Positions 28,263 through 37,299 of a DNA stretch of 64,000 nt are shown here, in pieces. The stretch is from a bacterium. Lineage in GTDB: Bacteria > Zhuqueibacterota > QNDG01 > JAGLOF01. The stretch is taken from positions 70,805 through 134,804 of the forward strand of contig JAFGRY010000031.1 in NCBI GenBank assembly GCA_016934955.1, given 5' to 3'. The notes beneath the pieces are model-generated. The model was not told the DNA's origin and did no database searches. It was given only the letters and a program-made list of their open reading frames with translations. The position numbers and the translations under genes are program-made. The first letter of the stretch is position 1; the number at the start of each line of letters is the position of its first letter.

Positions 28263-29879
28263 TTACCCCCCGGGTTCCCCGGTCGCTCTCAGACATCGTA
28301 CAGCCTCGACAATGAGGACGAGAGCCACCGCCAGCAGCGTTATCCCGGCGCCGAAGAGCAGATAATTGCCTGCGGCCAGATTGTCCAGCACCAGACTGCC
28401 CAGAGCGGTAAGCGTAACGGCGAACATGAAAAACATCGGGTACTTCACGAAGCCGTTTTTTCGTTTCAGTTTCGCGAACCAGACCGTCACCGCGAGCAGC
28501 ACAATAGCGGCCAGAAGCTGATTCGCTGACCCGAAGAGCGGCCAGAGGCTTGACCCTGTTCCGGATATGGTAAAGACGAACGCCGTGGCGGCCGTAACCC
28601 CGGTGGCCACATACCGGTTGGCGATTACGGATCTGCCCGGGACGCCTCCCGTGAATTCCTGAAAAATGAACCGCCCCAGGCGTGTCGCCGTATCGAGGGA
28701 TGTGAGGGCGAAGGCGGATATGGCCAGCGCGGCGAAGACCGCCGCCGCTTTGCGGGGAATGCCGAGGGACGCGATGAAGCCGCCGACTCCATTGGAAAAA
28801 ATGGTGATCGGACCGCCGCCTTCGGCTTTCAGCAGCTGCGTATAATCTCCCTTGAGCAGCACGGCGGCGGTGATCAGGGCGAGCACCGCGAGCACGCCCT
28901 CGATGAGCATGCTTCCATACGCTACGGGAGTGACATCGGCCTCGTTGTCAAGCTGTTTGGAAGTCGTGCCCGATGCGACCAGCGAATGGAATCCGGAAAT
29001 TGCGCCGCACGCCACGGTCACGAAGAGAATGGGAAACATCGGGCCGATATCCGCCGTGAAGGGGGCGATGGCCGGAAACTCTATCCTGGGATTGCTGACA
29101 ACGATACCCGCGACCCCGGCGATGAGCACGAAATAGAGGAGAAACGAATTGAGGAAATCACGGGGCTGCAGGAGAATCCAGACCGGGGTGACCGAGGCGA
29201 TACACACATACACAAACAGAATGTAGATCCACCAGGAAAAACCGAGGCTGACCGGCAGCAGAATGCCCAGGTAGACGCAGGTGAACAGCAGCAGCACGCC
29301 CGCGGCTGTCACCGCCCAGAGCGGCAGGTGCAGCCGGTAGACGCTGAGCCCGAAAAGAACGGCCAGGCCGATGAACATGACGGATGAGCTGGCGGCGGCC
29401 GGTTCCCGGGCGAAGGTGCTGGCAACCGCCTTGGCGAATACCGCAATCACGAGAATGAGCATGAGCCAGGTAAAAATAAGGAACAGCCGTTTGCCGGAGC
29501 GTCCGATGTAGTGCTCGATAACTTCACCGATGGACCTGCCCCCGTGACGCACCGATGCGATTACGGAAGCGAAATCATGTACGCCTCCGAAAAAAATACT
29601 GCCGATGACAATCCAGAGAAAAACCGGAACCCATCCGAACACGGCCGCATACACCGGCCCCAGGATCGGACCCGCTCCGGCGATCGAAGCGAAATGGTGA
29701 CCGAGCAGTACGGGAGTTCGGGCCGGCACAAAATCGACTCCATCCTGTTCCGTATGAGCCGGTGTCGGCGCTGCCGGATCGATCTGGAATTTCCGAATGA
29801 GGAATTTCCCGTACAGGATGTATCCGGCGATAAAAAAGAGTATGGCGGCGATGATAAGAATGGATGCACTCATGGTCAT
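28263..29879 (-). CDS. cstA: Carbon starvation protein A (peptide/pyruvate transporter family)
   Basis: 'LLGHHFASIAGAGPILGPV' and a polytopic membrane profile typical of CstA. Confidence 0.85.
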   Translation of the reverse strand: MTMSASILIIAAILFFIAGYILYGKFLIRKFQIDPAAPTPAHTEQDGVDFVPARTPVLLGHHFASIAGAGPILGPVYAAVFGWVPVFLWIVIGSIFFGGVHDFASVIASVRHGGRSIGEVIEHYIGRSGKRLFLIFTWLMLILVIAVFAKAVASTFAREPAAASSSVMFIGLAVLFGLSVYRLHLPLWAVTAAGVLLLFTCVYLGILLPVSLGFSWWIYILFVYVCIASVTPVWILLQPRDFLNSFLLYFVLIAGVAGIVVSNPRIEFPAIAPFTADIGPMFPILFVTVACGAISGFHSLVASGTTSKQLDNEADVTPVAYGSMLIEGVLAVLALITAAVLLKGDYTQLLKAEGGGPITIFSNGVGGFIASLGIPRKAAAVFAALAISAFALTSLDTATRLGRFIFQEFTGGVPGRSVIANRYVATGVTAATAFVFTISGTGSSLWPLFGSANQLLAAIVLLAVTVWFAKLKRKNGFVKYPMFFMFAVTLTALGSLVLDNLAAGNYLLFGAGITLLAVALVLIVEAVRCLRATGEPGG

Positions 29880-29946
29880 GATCCGCTTTTGTCACTGTCA
29901 GCAGCGTACAATCAGGCCCCGGGATGCTGCCGGGGCCTGGCGATTT

Positions 29947-30552
29947 TCAGAATTGCACGTTCGGCGCCGCCTGCGCGTCCGAATCAGCTTCAAAATAGGC
30001 GCGAATGTCGAATCCGAGAATCCTCGCGATTATGGCCGCGGGGAACACCCTGATCCTGCGGTTATACGCCTGCACGCTCTCGTTAAAACGCTTTCTGGCC
30101 ACGGCGATGCGGTTTTCAGTGCCTGCGAGCTCATCCTGCAGACGAATGAAGCTCTCGTTCGCTTTCAGATCGGGATACCGTTCCGCCACGACCATCAGCC
30201 GCTGCAGTGCTCCGCCCAGGCTGGCCTGGGCCTCCTGGAACCTGGCCAGGTTTTCCTGGGTCAGGTCCTCCGCCCGCAGCTGGGTGACGCCGCCCAGTTT
30301 CGCACGGGCCTCCGTTACCGCCTCAAACGTGGTCCGCTCGTGGGTGGCGTACCCTTTTACCGTTTCCACGAGATTGGGGATGAGATCAGCTCTCCGCTGA
30401 TAGTAGGTCTGTACATCCGCCCATGTCTGATTTACCGTTTCATCAAGGGAAACGATCGAATTATAGGTCCCGCCGACCGCCAGGACCAGTATGAGAATCA
30501 CCACGATCAGAGCGGCACCGCAGCCGCAGCCGATTTTCATGCCTTTTGTCAT
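29947..30552 (-). CDS. lemA: LemA family protein
   Basis: N-terminal TM, 'YNSIVSLDE', 'QYYQRRADLIPNLVETVKGYATHE', 'AERYPDLKANESF', 'RIAVARKRFNESVQAYN'. Confidence 0.85.
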   Translation of the reverse strand: MTKGMKIGCGCGAALIVVILILVLAVGGTYNSIVSLDETVNQTWADVQTYYQRRADLIPNLVETVKGYATHERTTFEAVTEARAKLGGVTQLRAEDLTQENLARFQEAQASLGGALQRLMVVAERYPDLKANESFIRLQDELAGTENRIAVARKRFNESVQAYNRRIRVFPAAIIARILGFDIRAYFEADSDAQAAPNVQF

Positions 30553-30569
30553 GTGAACGTCCTCCCGGG

Positions 30570-31304
30570 TTATTGTACTTTCAACGTATCGATAATCCTG
30601 CTCAGTTTTGTCACTTCCCGAATGTACGCCTCCATCAGTTTGTCGAAATCAACCGGCAGCTTCCCGGAGCCGGGGTCAGCAGCCGCGGCCAGGCGGGTAA
30701 ACAGACCGTGATCCAGAGAATACGTTTTACAGGCGGCTTCGATAACCGCATGCCGCTTGTCGGGGATCTCCGCACCGGCAATGAACAGCATCGCCCGAAG
30801 AAGGGCAGCGAACGCGGCAAGAGATTCAGCGATCAGCCGCTTGAGCAGTTTTCTGGAACCGCCGCTTCTGATGTACTCCTGCCGCAGTCGGAGCAGGTAT
30901 CCCTTGACTTCCCGTTCACACTGCAGGCGGAGATCCTGTTTGCCGATGGTCAGGCCGGCGAGGATATCCTTCCCCCAGATGAGCCGGTAGCTGTTCCGCA
31001 TATTGAGGAACTCTACCGGGTAGCTGTCCAGGGATGATCTGATATAGGCGTCGGTGAGAAACAAGGGCAGCGACACTCCTTTTGCCTTCCATCTCTTCAG
31101 ATAGGGACGCACGTCTGAAATGCGGGATATGCCCTCTTCCGTAAGTACGACGAGAAAATTAATATCGGACGTCCCGGGAACATAATCACCGGTTACGCTG
31201 CTGCCGTACCTGATCACCGAAATAACGGCATTCCCGAACAGGTCCTCGATCTGCTTCATAAATGCATGTGATACGGCCGTCAATTTTTCCGCTGTATTTC
31301 CCAT
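30570..31304 (-). CDS. Pol-beta-superfamily nucleotidyltransferase domain protein with C-terminal helical domain
   Basis: 'IRYGSSVTGDYVPGTSDINFLVV' (G-S...D-x-D/N NTase core), followed by an alpha-helical half. Confidence 0.6.
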   Translation of the reverse strand: MGNTAEKLTAVSHAFMKQIEDLFGNAVISVIRYGSSVTGDYVPGTSDINFLVVLTEEGISRISDVRPYLKRWKAKGVSLPLFLTDAYIRSSLDSYPVEFLNMRNSYRLIWGKDILAGLTIGKQDLRLQCEREVKGYLLRLRQEYIRSGGSRKLLKRLIAESLAAFAALLRAMLFIAGAEIPDKRHAVIEAACKTYSLDHGLFTRLAAAADPGSGKLPVDFDKLMEAYIREVTKLSRIIDTLKVQ

Positions 31305-31321
31305 TGTGCTCCTCCCGCTGT

Positions 31322-32068
31322 TTAAAAACTCCGGGTGGCTCCCCCCCCGCTGCTCATTCCGCCGCCGAATCCGCCGAACCCGCCGCCGAATCCGCCGCCT
31401 CCGAACCCGCCGCCGCTTCTTCCGCCTCCCATCATACTGCCCAGCAGCAGCCAGGGAATGATGCGCCCCCGGGTGAGAATGATGAGAATAACGATGATGA
31501 CGAAGAAGGCGCCCCCGCCCCCTTGCCGCGAGCGGGATGAATCCGTGCTGTCCCTCGCCGGCATCAGGGATCCGGAGATCTCAACACCGCTGTCACGGGC
31601 GATAATGCCGGCCACCGCGGCGGCGGCCCGGTACAACCCTCTGCCGTACTCCCCGTTTCTGAAATCGGGCAGAGAGTACCTGTCGAGTATCGCGCCCGCG
31701 GTCCCGTCGGTGATGATTCCTTCCAGTCCGTCACCGACCTCCATCCTCACCTGCCGTCCCCCGGCATCGAAAAGAATGAGCAGGCCGTCATCCACACCCC
31801 TGCGGCCGATGCCCCAGGCCGCGAACAGTTCCACGGCATAGGTCTCCGGAGACTCGTCTCCCAGCGACCGGACCGTGACGACGGCAATCTGGGCCCCGGT
31901 CTTTTCTTCCAGTTCCTGCGCCAGTGCCGTGATCCGCCGTTCATATTCAGTCTCGATGACCCCGACGAAATCGTTTACAAAACCTCTGTATGCCGGGTAA
32001 TCCCGCTGCTGTCCATTGAGGGCGGCGGCCACCGTCACACACAACAGCAGTAAGTTCTTTCCCTTCAT
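31322..32068 (-). CDS. TPM-domain (YgcG-like) protein with TM segment and Gly-rich tail
   Basis: 'VNDFVGVIE', 'GAQIAVVTV', 'WGIGRRGVDDGLLILF...VRMEVGDGLEG', then a TM segment and 'GGGFGGGGFGGGFGGFGGG'. Confidence 0.8.
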   Translation of the reverse strand: MKGKNLLLLCVTVAAALNGQQRDYPAYRGFVNDFVGVIETEYERRITALAQELEEKTGAQIAVVTVRSLGDESPETYAVELFAAWGIGRRGVDDGLLILFDAGGRQVRMEVGDGLEGIITDGTAGAILDRYSLPDFRNGEYGRGLYRAAAAVAGIIARDSGVEISGSLMPARDSTDSSRSRQGGGGAFFVIIVILIILTRGRIIPWLLLGSMMGGGRSGGGFGGGGFGGGFGGFGGGMSSGGGATRSF

Positions 32069-32098
32069 GACAACTCCCTTGCTTGCTGATCCGCGGTA

Positions 32099-32551
32099 TC
32101 AGCCGGAGCGGTCCTCGATGAGGGCCGACAGGCCTCCGGAGCCGACAAAGCCGCCGAAGTCATCCAGAGAATCGCAGATGCGGTCCGAGAGAATTCGAAC
32201 GACCCAGTTTGTCAGCATGGGAGTGATCGAAACGATGGGAACGCCGGCCCGCCGCGCTTCCCACATTTCAATACTGCTCCCCATGCTCGCCTCCGGCAGA
32301 TACACGATAAGCGCCGTCGATTCCGTCACGATCCTCACGTGCTCGTGAAATACCGATGCGGCCTTTTCCGTAGGGTAATCGACCGAGGAGGGATGATTTT
32401 CCACGGGACAGACAATGGTGCATTCCGGGAACGTCTGCGCGAGCACCGATTTGATCACCTGCCGATAATTCTGATCGAAAACCGATGTTCCCTGTATCGA
32501 TCCCTGAATGATTCCGGCAATAAAAAACTGCATGTTGGCTGTCACTTCCAT
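32099..32551 (-). CDS. Hypothetical protein, possibly nucleoside 2-deoxyribosyltransferase-like fold
   Basis: The N-terminal 'FFIAGIIQGS' and later 'IVYLPEASMGSSIEMWEARRAGVPIV' resemble the NDT-like 'FLAGP...GT..E.G.A' arrangement. This is pattern recognition only. Confidence 0.35.
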   Translation of the reverse strand: MEVTANMQFFIAGIIQGSIQGTSVFDQNYRQVIKSVLAQTFPECTIVCPVENHPSSVDYPTEKAASVFHEHVRIVTESTALIVYLPEASMGSSIEMWEARRAGVPIVSITPMLTNWVVRILSDRICDSLDDFGGFVGSGGLSALIEDRSG

Positions 32552-32565
32552 GATGATCGCCGGAA

Positions 32566-33042
32566 CTAGATTATCGGATTGTTTTCCCGGGTGCGGCCTT
32601 TCGAGTGGGGCGTGTTCCCGCCCCTGAGATATGCCGGCTGATTCCTGTTGCTGTGCTGCATTCTTCCGGGTATGATCCGTTTGTACTGGATTTTAGCCTG
32701 CCCGAAATTCACGAGGACACCGACCTCACAGTCGATCAGGCTCAGCCCCCTGAGCACCTGTTGCATCTCGTGGTCATACAGGGTGTCCTGGCAGCGGATA
32801 CTCAGCAGCGCTTTCTTTTCGATGATAAAATCAAAGGTCACTTCACCGATGGGCGTATCCTTGTACTGCACCTCGACCCTGTTCCGGGCCGAATAATCGA
32901 GTTCCCTGGAAGCGAGCTCGATATCGAGCGCCTTTTGATAGAACTCAACGGGATATCCGGGGCCGAGAGTCTTGTGCACTTCGATACAGGCGCCGATAAT
33001 CTTGTACACCTTGTCATTCATATCTTTCAAGCCGCTCATCAC
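32566..33042 (-). CDS. GxxExxY family protein (PD-(D/E)XK-like) with a C-terminal extension
   Basis: 'IIGACIEVHKTLGPGYPVEFYQKALDIEL...' includes the G-x-x-E-x-x-Y signature. It is about 30 aa longer than I expect for the family. Confidence 0.7.
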   Translation of the reverse strand: MMSGLKDMNDKVYKIIGACIEVHKTLGPGYPVEFYQKALDIELASRELDYSARNRVEVQYKDTPIGEVTFDFIIEKKALLSIRCQDTLYDHEMQQVLRGLSLIDCEVGVLVNFGQAKIQYKRIIPGRMQHSNRNQPAYLRGGNTPHSKGRTRENNPII

Positions 33043-33055
33043 ATCATCTCCTTTA

Positions 33056-33829
33056 TTACCGCGTTCGATTACGCTGCCACATATAGTACATTCCCTTTAA
33101 GGTGAGAAAGGGATCGATTACTTCTATCTCCCGGGATCGTCCCTCGAAAAGCGGGGCGATGCCTCCCGTGGCGATCACCCGGACCGGTCCGCCGCCGAGC
33201 TCATTTCTGATCATGGCGGCCAGGCCGTCGATCATGGCCACGGTGCCCCAGAGGATTCCGGACTGCAGACTCAGTTCCGTCGAGGTGCCGATCACCGATT
33301 CGGGAAACTCCAGGGCCACCCGGGGCAGTACCGCCGAGACCCGGTGCAGATCCGCAGACGCTCCCATCAGGCCGAGAGCGATAATGCCGCCCCTGTACTC
33401 CCCGGCGGCGGAGATCACATCGAATGTCGTCGCCGTCCCGAAATCGACAATGATCGCGGGCCCGCCGTAGTGCTGATATCCGGCAACGGCATTGCAGATT
33501 CTGTCGGCGCCGACAGCCCTGGCGGGTTCATATCGTATGGTCAGTCCCGTATCGAGTTCAGGGCCGATCAGCAGCGGCTCACACTGCAGATAAACGGTGC
33601 TCATGTCGGTGAACACTTTTTTCAGGGAAGGAACGACGGACGAAATGACCGCGCCCTCAAACCGCGCCGCATCGATTCCCCGGTCCTGACACCACATTTT
33701 CAGGATGATCCAGGTCTCGTCAGCGGTCCGCTGCATATCTGATGAGAGCCGCCAGTGGGAGATCAGTTCGTCGCCGCGGTACACGCCGATAACGGTCTGC
33801 GTATTGCCGATATCAATTACAAGCAGCAT
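33056..33829 (-). CDS. coaX: Type III pantothenate kinase
   Basis: 'MLLVIDIGNTQT', 'DRICN', 'IIVDFGTATTFD', 'IATGG'. ATG at 33829 gives the canonical N-terminus; the alternative TTG is at 33862. Confidence 0.85.
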   Translation of the reverse strand: MLLVIDIGNTQTVIGVYRGDELISHWRLSSDMQRTADETWIILKMWCQDRGIDAARFEGAVISSVVPSLKKVFTDMSTVYLQCEPLLIGPELDTGLTIRYEPARAVGADRICNAVAGYQHYGGPAIIVDFGTATTFDVISAAGEYRGGIIALGLMGASADLHRVSAVLPRVALEFPESVIGTSTELSLQSGILWGTVAMIDGLAAMIRNELGGGPVRVIATGGIAPLFEGRSREIEVIDPFLTLKGMYYMWQRNRTR

Positions 33830-33862
33830 GGCTCTTCCGGCAGGGTGTGGTTCACTGGGCAA

Positions 33863-34219
33863 TCAGTCATCGGAAAGGTCCTTCATGATCTCTTTTACCG
33901 CGTCTTTCTCCGACGCATAGATTTCCAGTATCGACTCCAGCCTTGCGATTCTGACCAGCGATTTCAGTTTTTCGCCCAGGCAGCAGAAGATAATTTCCTT
34001 GTCGTTCGCTTCGGCCTGCCTGATGCCGAAAAGAAGGGCCCCCAGACCGGTGCTGTCCATGTAGGCCACGCTGGCGAGATTGAGCAGCAGAATATCGCAA
34101 TCTTCAGTGAGCAGCTGCAAAAAAGTGGTTTTCATATCGGGCGCTTCCGTATGTGTCAGGTGATCGGACTCGACGCGTACGACACAGAAACCATCCTTCT
34201 TCTCCAATTGATACTTCAT
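33863..34219 (-). CDS. STAS-domain anti-sigma-factor antagonist (SpoIIAA-like)
   Basis: 'LLLNLASVAYMDSTGLGALL' with the conserved phospho-Ser position (DST GLG); about 118 aa. Confidence 0.8.
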   Translation of the reverse strand: MKYQLEKKDGFCVVRVESDHLTHTEAPDMKTTFLQLLTEDCDILLLNLASVAYMDSTGLGALLFGIRQAEANDKEIIFCCLGEKLKSLVRIARLESILEIYASEKDAVKEIMKDLSDD

Positions 34220-34260
34220 GTTCCTGTTCCTGTTTGGTTAAGGGGTAGACGGATCTTCGC

Positions 34261-34995
34261 TCAGTTCAATCCGCCCTCTTCGGCGAAACTGTAATAGGTG
34301 TCTCCGGCGATAATGATATGATCGACCACCGGTATGCCCATGATATCTCCCGCTTTGATCATCTGACGGGTCACTCTGCGGTCTTCCGGAGAAGGCAGCC
34401 GGTTTCCCGAAGGATGATTGTGCAGCAGAATGATACCCGCGGAACGGTGATCGACCGCTGCTTTGAATACTTCCCTGGGATGCACGATGCTCGCGTTAAG
34501 TGTTCCGGTGGTCACGGTCTCATGCCTGATGACCTGGTTGGCGTTATTGAGCAGCAGCACCTGGAACACCTCGGTCTTCAGGGTCCGCAGCCGGTGGCCG
34601 TAGGCGCCCACAGCATCCGAGGGTGCGCCGATCGTCACCTGCTTTCCAGCCGCGCTTTCCGCGACCCGCCTGCCCAGCTCAAAAGCCGCCGACAGCCTCG
34701 CCGCGCATGCGGGGCCGATACCCTCCAGACGTGTCAGCTCGGGAGGATCAGCGCCGCTCAGCGGCAGCAGTCCTCCGAATCGCAGCAGCAGCTGCTTGCC
34801 AAGGTCAACAGCGGTCATTCCGCGGGTGCCGGATCCGATGAGAAGCGCGATCAGTTCTGAATCGCCCAGCGACACGGCACCCAGCTCGGCCAGTCGTTCC
34901 CGCGGCCTCTCCGCCTCGGGCCATTCCCGCAATCGCACGTGCCTGCAGGCGGCCGCTTCCCGGCCGCCGCGTTTTTCCCTGGTCATGTTCAACAT
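34261..34995 (-). CDS. radC: RadC-family JAB-domain protein
   Basis: 'ERPRERL', 'ELIALLIGSG', C-terminal 'HNHPSGNRLPSPED' JAMM motif. Confidence 0.85.
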   Translation of the reverse strand: MLNMTREKRGGREAAACRHVRLREWPEAERPRERLAELGAVSLGDSELIALLIGSGTRGMTAVDLGKQLLLRFGGLLPLSGADPPELTRLEGIGPACAARLSAAFELGRRVAESAAGKQVTIGAPSDAVGAYGHRLRTLKTEVFQVLLLNNANQVIRHETVTTGTLNASIVHPREVFKAAVDHRSAGIILLHNHPSGNRLPSPEDRRVTRQMIKAGDIMGIPVVDHIIIAGDTYYSFAEEGGLN

Positions 34996-34999
34996 CCTG

Positions 35000-35842
35000 T
35001 CAATAATTCACGGTCTTCCTGGCCGCTGCCGCGTTCCTGATCTCCTCCAGAATGGCGTAGGGAACCTTGAACTGTCCCATGGTCATGGATCCGTTCCGGC
35101 CGCCGTGACAGTCCGAGCCGCCGCTGACCAGCAATCCATGGTTATGCGCGATGTCCTGAAGTCTGGCCATGCGTTTGTCATTGAGCTTTGGATGAACGAT
35201 CTCGATACCGTCCAGACCCGACTTGATCAGGTGGAGAATGATCTCGTTGGATATGATCGGTCCCGGATGCGCCAGAAACGAAAGACCGCCGCTCTCATTG
35301 ATGAGGCCGATCGCTTTTTCAGGCGAGATGCGGTATTTCTCTTCATAGGCGCGGCACCCGTAGCCGATGTAGCGGTAGAATGACTCCTGGAACGTCTCGA
35401 CATACCCTTTTTCCATGAGTATTTCCGCGATGTGGGGCCTGCCGATGATATCGCCCCGGGCTTTGGACATCACCTCTTCCAGACTTATATGCACGCCCAT
35501 GTCGTTGAGATTGCCAACGATCTTTTCAGCGCGCCGCACCCGTTCATCCCGGAAAAGATCAAGATACTCGGCGAGCCGGGGATAGGTTTCATCGACGAAA
35601 TAGCCAAGCACATGAATATCCCGTCCCGAGTACTGACTGCTGAATTCGATACATTTGACAATTTCCACGCCGTGTTTTTCCCCGGCGACGACCGCCTCCT
35701 CATATCCGCCGACTGTATCGTGGTCGGCAATGGCGATTGCCCGCAGCCCGAACTTCCGGGCCGCGGCGACTGTTTCTTCGGGACTGAGAAGCCCGTCGGA
35801 ATAATACGTATGTACGTGAAGGTCAACCCATTCTTCCGTCAT
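35000..35842 (-). CDS. PHP-domain metal-dependent phosphoesterase
   Basis: 'DLHVHTYYSDG', 'IADHDT', 'AHP', 'GGSDCHG'. Confidence 0.8.
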   Translation of the reverse strand: MTEEWVDLHVHTYYSDGLLSPEETVAAARKFGLRAIAIADHDTVGGYEEAVVAGEKHGVEIVKCIEFSSQYSGRDIHVLGYFVDETYPRLAEYLDLFRDERVRRAEKIVGNLNDMGVHISLEEVMSKARGDIIGRPHIAEILMEKGYVETFQESFYRYIGYGCRAYEEKYRISPEKAIGLINESGGLSFLAHPGPIISNEIILHLIKSGLDGIEIVHPKLNDKRMARLQDIAHNHGLLVSGGSDCHGGRNGSMTMGQFKVPYAILEEIRNAAAARKTVNY

Positions 35843-35936
35843 ATCCCTTTCACTTTCATGGTAAATGTATATATTAAAAAATCAATATCAACAAAAATCC
35901 TTGCTTTTACGATCCCGATTCGCTACACTAACGGAC

Positions 35937-36320
35937 ATGAAAGCAAGTTGTATACCTGGATGCGTGATCTGCCTGCTCCTGGCGCTTGCCTGCGGAGGAG
36001 CCGGAGATCGCTCCGGGCAAAAGGCCGCCGATCGCCTGCTCGTTTCCTATATCGAGGTCCTCAGGCATGACATGGCCGCGGCCCGGACTCTCACCGCCGC
36101 CGACAGCGCCGGTGTCGTCTCCGTTGAGGATTCGCTGGATGCTGAAACCATGCGGTCGGCGCTCCGCCACCTCAACGAGCGCCCCGAACGCTGGAACCGC
36201 TTTTTCAAGGCGGCTGCGGCGGCACTGAACGTCGAATCACTGCCTGCCGATACAGCCGCGCTGCCCGCCCTTTTTCGCAGAGCCACGGTCAACAAATCCT
36301 CGGCAGCTGCTCGCCGCTGA
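35937..36320 (+). CDS. Hypothetical lipoprotein
   Basis: 'MKASCIPGCVICLLLALACGG' signal plus lipobox. No family recognised. The 3' end overlaps the hypE 3' end by 32 nt. Confidence 0.5.
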   Translation: MKASCIPGCVICLLLALACGGAGDRSGQKAADRLLVSYIEVLRHDMAAARTLTAADSAGVVSVEDSLDAETMRSALRHLNERPERWNRFFKAAAAALNVESLPADTAALPALFRRATVNKSSAAARR

Positions 36321-37299
36321 GCATGTCCAGCACCCGCCTGCTCCCCATCTCCGTTTCCAGCACCACCCTGCCCGACCCGCTGTTCCCGACTCTTCCGGCG
36401 ATTACGGCCTCTGTCCCGTATGTCTGCCCGCGCATTGCCTCGAGGAGAGCGCCGGCCGCATCGGCGGCGGCACAGGCCACGAGTACGCCTTCGTTTGCAA
36501 CATAGAGCGGATCGAACCCGAGCAGTTCACAGGCGCCGCGTACGGCTTCAGTAACGGGAACCGACCGCTCCTCAAGGATAATATCGCAGGCAGCCTGGGA
36601 GGCGATTTCATTAAGCACGGTGGCCAGCCCCCCCCGGGTCGCGTCCCGCATCACGTGAATATCGCCCGTGACCTCGAGCATCGCCGCTGTCAGCCGGTTG
36701 AGCGGTGCCACATCCGACTCGATCGTGCTGGAAAAACCGAGGCCTTCCCGCGACGTCATAATGGCCATGCCGTGCCGGCCCACAGGACCGCTGATGATTA
36801 CCGCGTCTCCGGGGTGAGCCCTGCCTGCTGACACCGGCATACCGGGATTCATGTATCCGATACCGGCGGTGGTAATGAAGATACTGTCCGCGGCCCCCCG
36901 GGGGACGACTTTCGTGTCCCCGGTGACGATGGTCACTTCAGCCTCATCCGCGGTATCCTTCATGGAGCGGACGATCCTTCTCAGATCTGCCAGCGGGTAT
37001 CCTTCCTCGAGAATGAAGGCCGCGCTGAGATAGCGGGGCAGGGCGCCCATGACCGCCAGGTCATTCACCGTACCGCATACCGCCAGTCTGCCGATGTCGC
37101 CCCCGGGGAAAAATACCGGATCGACGACAAAAGCATCTGTGGTGAACGCGGCGGCTCCCTCTCCCGGCTCCACCACCGCGCTGTCGTTGAGCTGCAGTAG
37201 ATACCGGTTGCCGAGAATCGGCAGAAACAGTTCTTCCGTCAGCTGTCTGGACAGCCGGCCGCCGCCGCCGTGCGCCAGCGTGATATTCTCATGCATCAT
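36289..37299 (-). CDS. hypE: Hydrogenase maturation carbamoyl dehydratase HypE
   Basis: 'ITLAHGGGG', AIR-synthase-like fold motifs, and the C-terminal 'GEQLPRIC' (PRIC) signature. Start at MMHEN; the longer 37458 extension overlaps hypD. Confidence 0.9.
   Translation of the reverse strand: MMHENITLAHGGGGRLSRQLTEELFLPILGNRYLLQLNDSAVVEPGEGAAAFTTDAFVVDPVFFPGGDIGRLAVCGTVNDLAVMGALPRYLSAAFILEEGYPLADLRRIVRSMKDTADEAEVTIVTGDTKVVPRGAADSIFITTAGIGYMNPGMPVSAGRAHPGDAVIISGPVGRHGMAIMTSREGLGFSSTIESDVAPLNRLTAAMLEVTGDIHVMRDATRGGLATVLNEIASQAACDIILEERSVPVTEAVRGACELLGFDPLYVANEGVLVACAAADAAGALLEAMRGQTYGTEAVIAGRVGNSGSGRVVLETEMGSRRVLDMLSGEQLPRIC

Noticed and set aside
31330-31445. Short nucleotide periodicity (ccgccgaatccgccgaacccgccgccgaatccgccgcctccgaacccgccg) that looks like a tandem or CRISPR-like repeat.
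   Set aside because: It is the reverse complement of the region coding for the Gly-rich tail (GGGFGGGGFGGGFGGFGGG) of the TPM-domain protein. There are no spacers and no array structure.
34261-35842. RadC (JAB) + PHP phosphoesterase as a possible defence or anti-defence pair.
   Set aside because: RadC here is the full-length housekeeping form with the N-terminal 'ERPRERL...ELLA' HhH region. Both genes sit in a long conserved-looking housekeeping string, with no nucleases, ATPases or mobility genes around.
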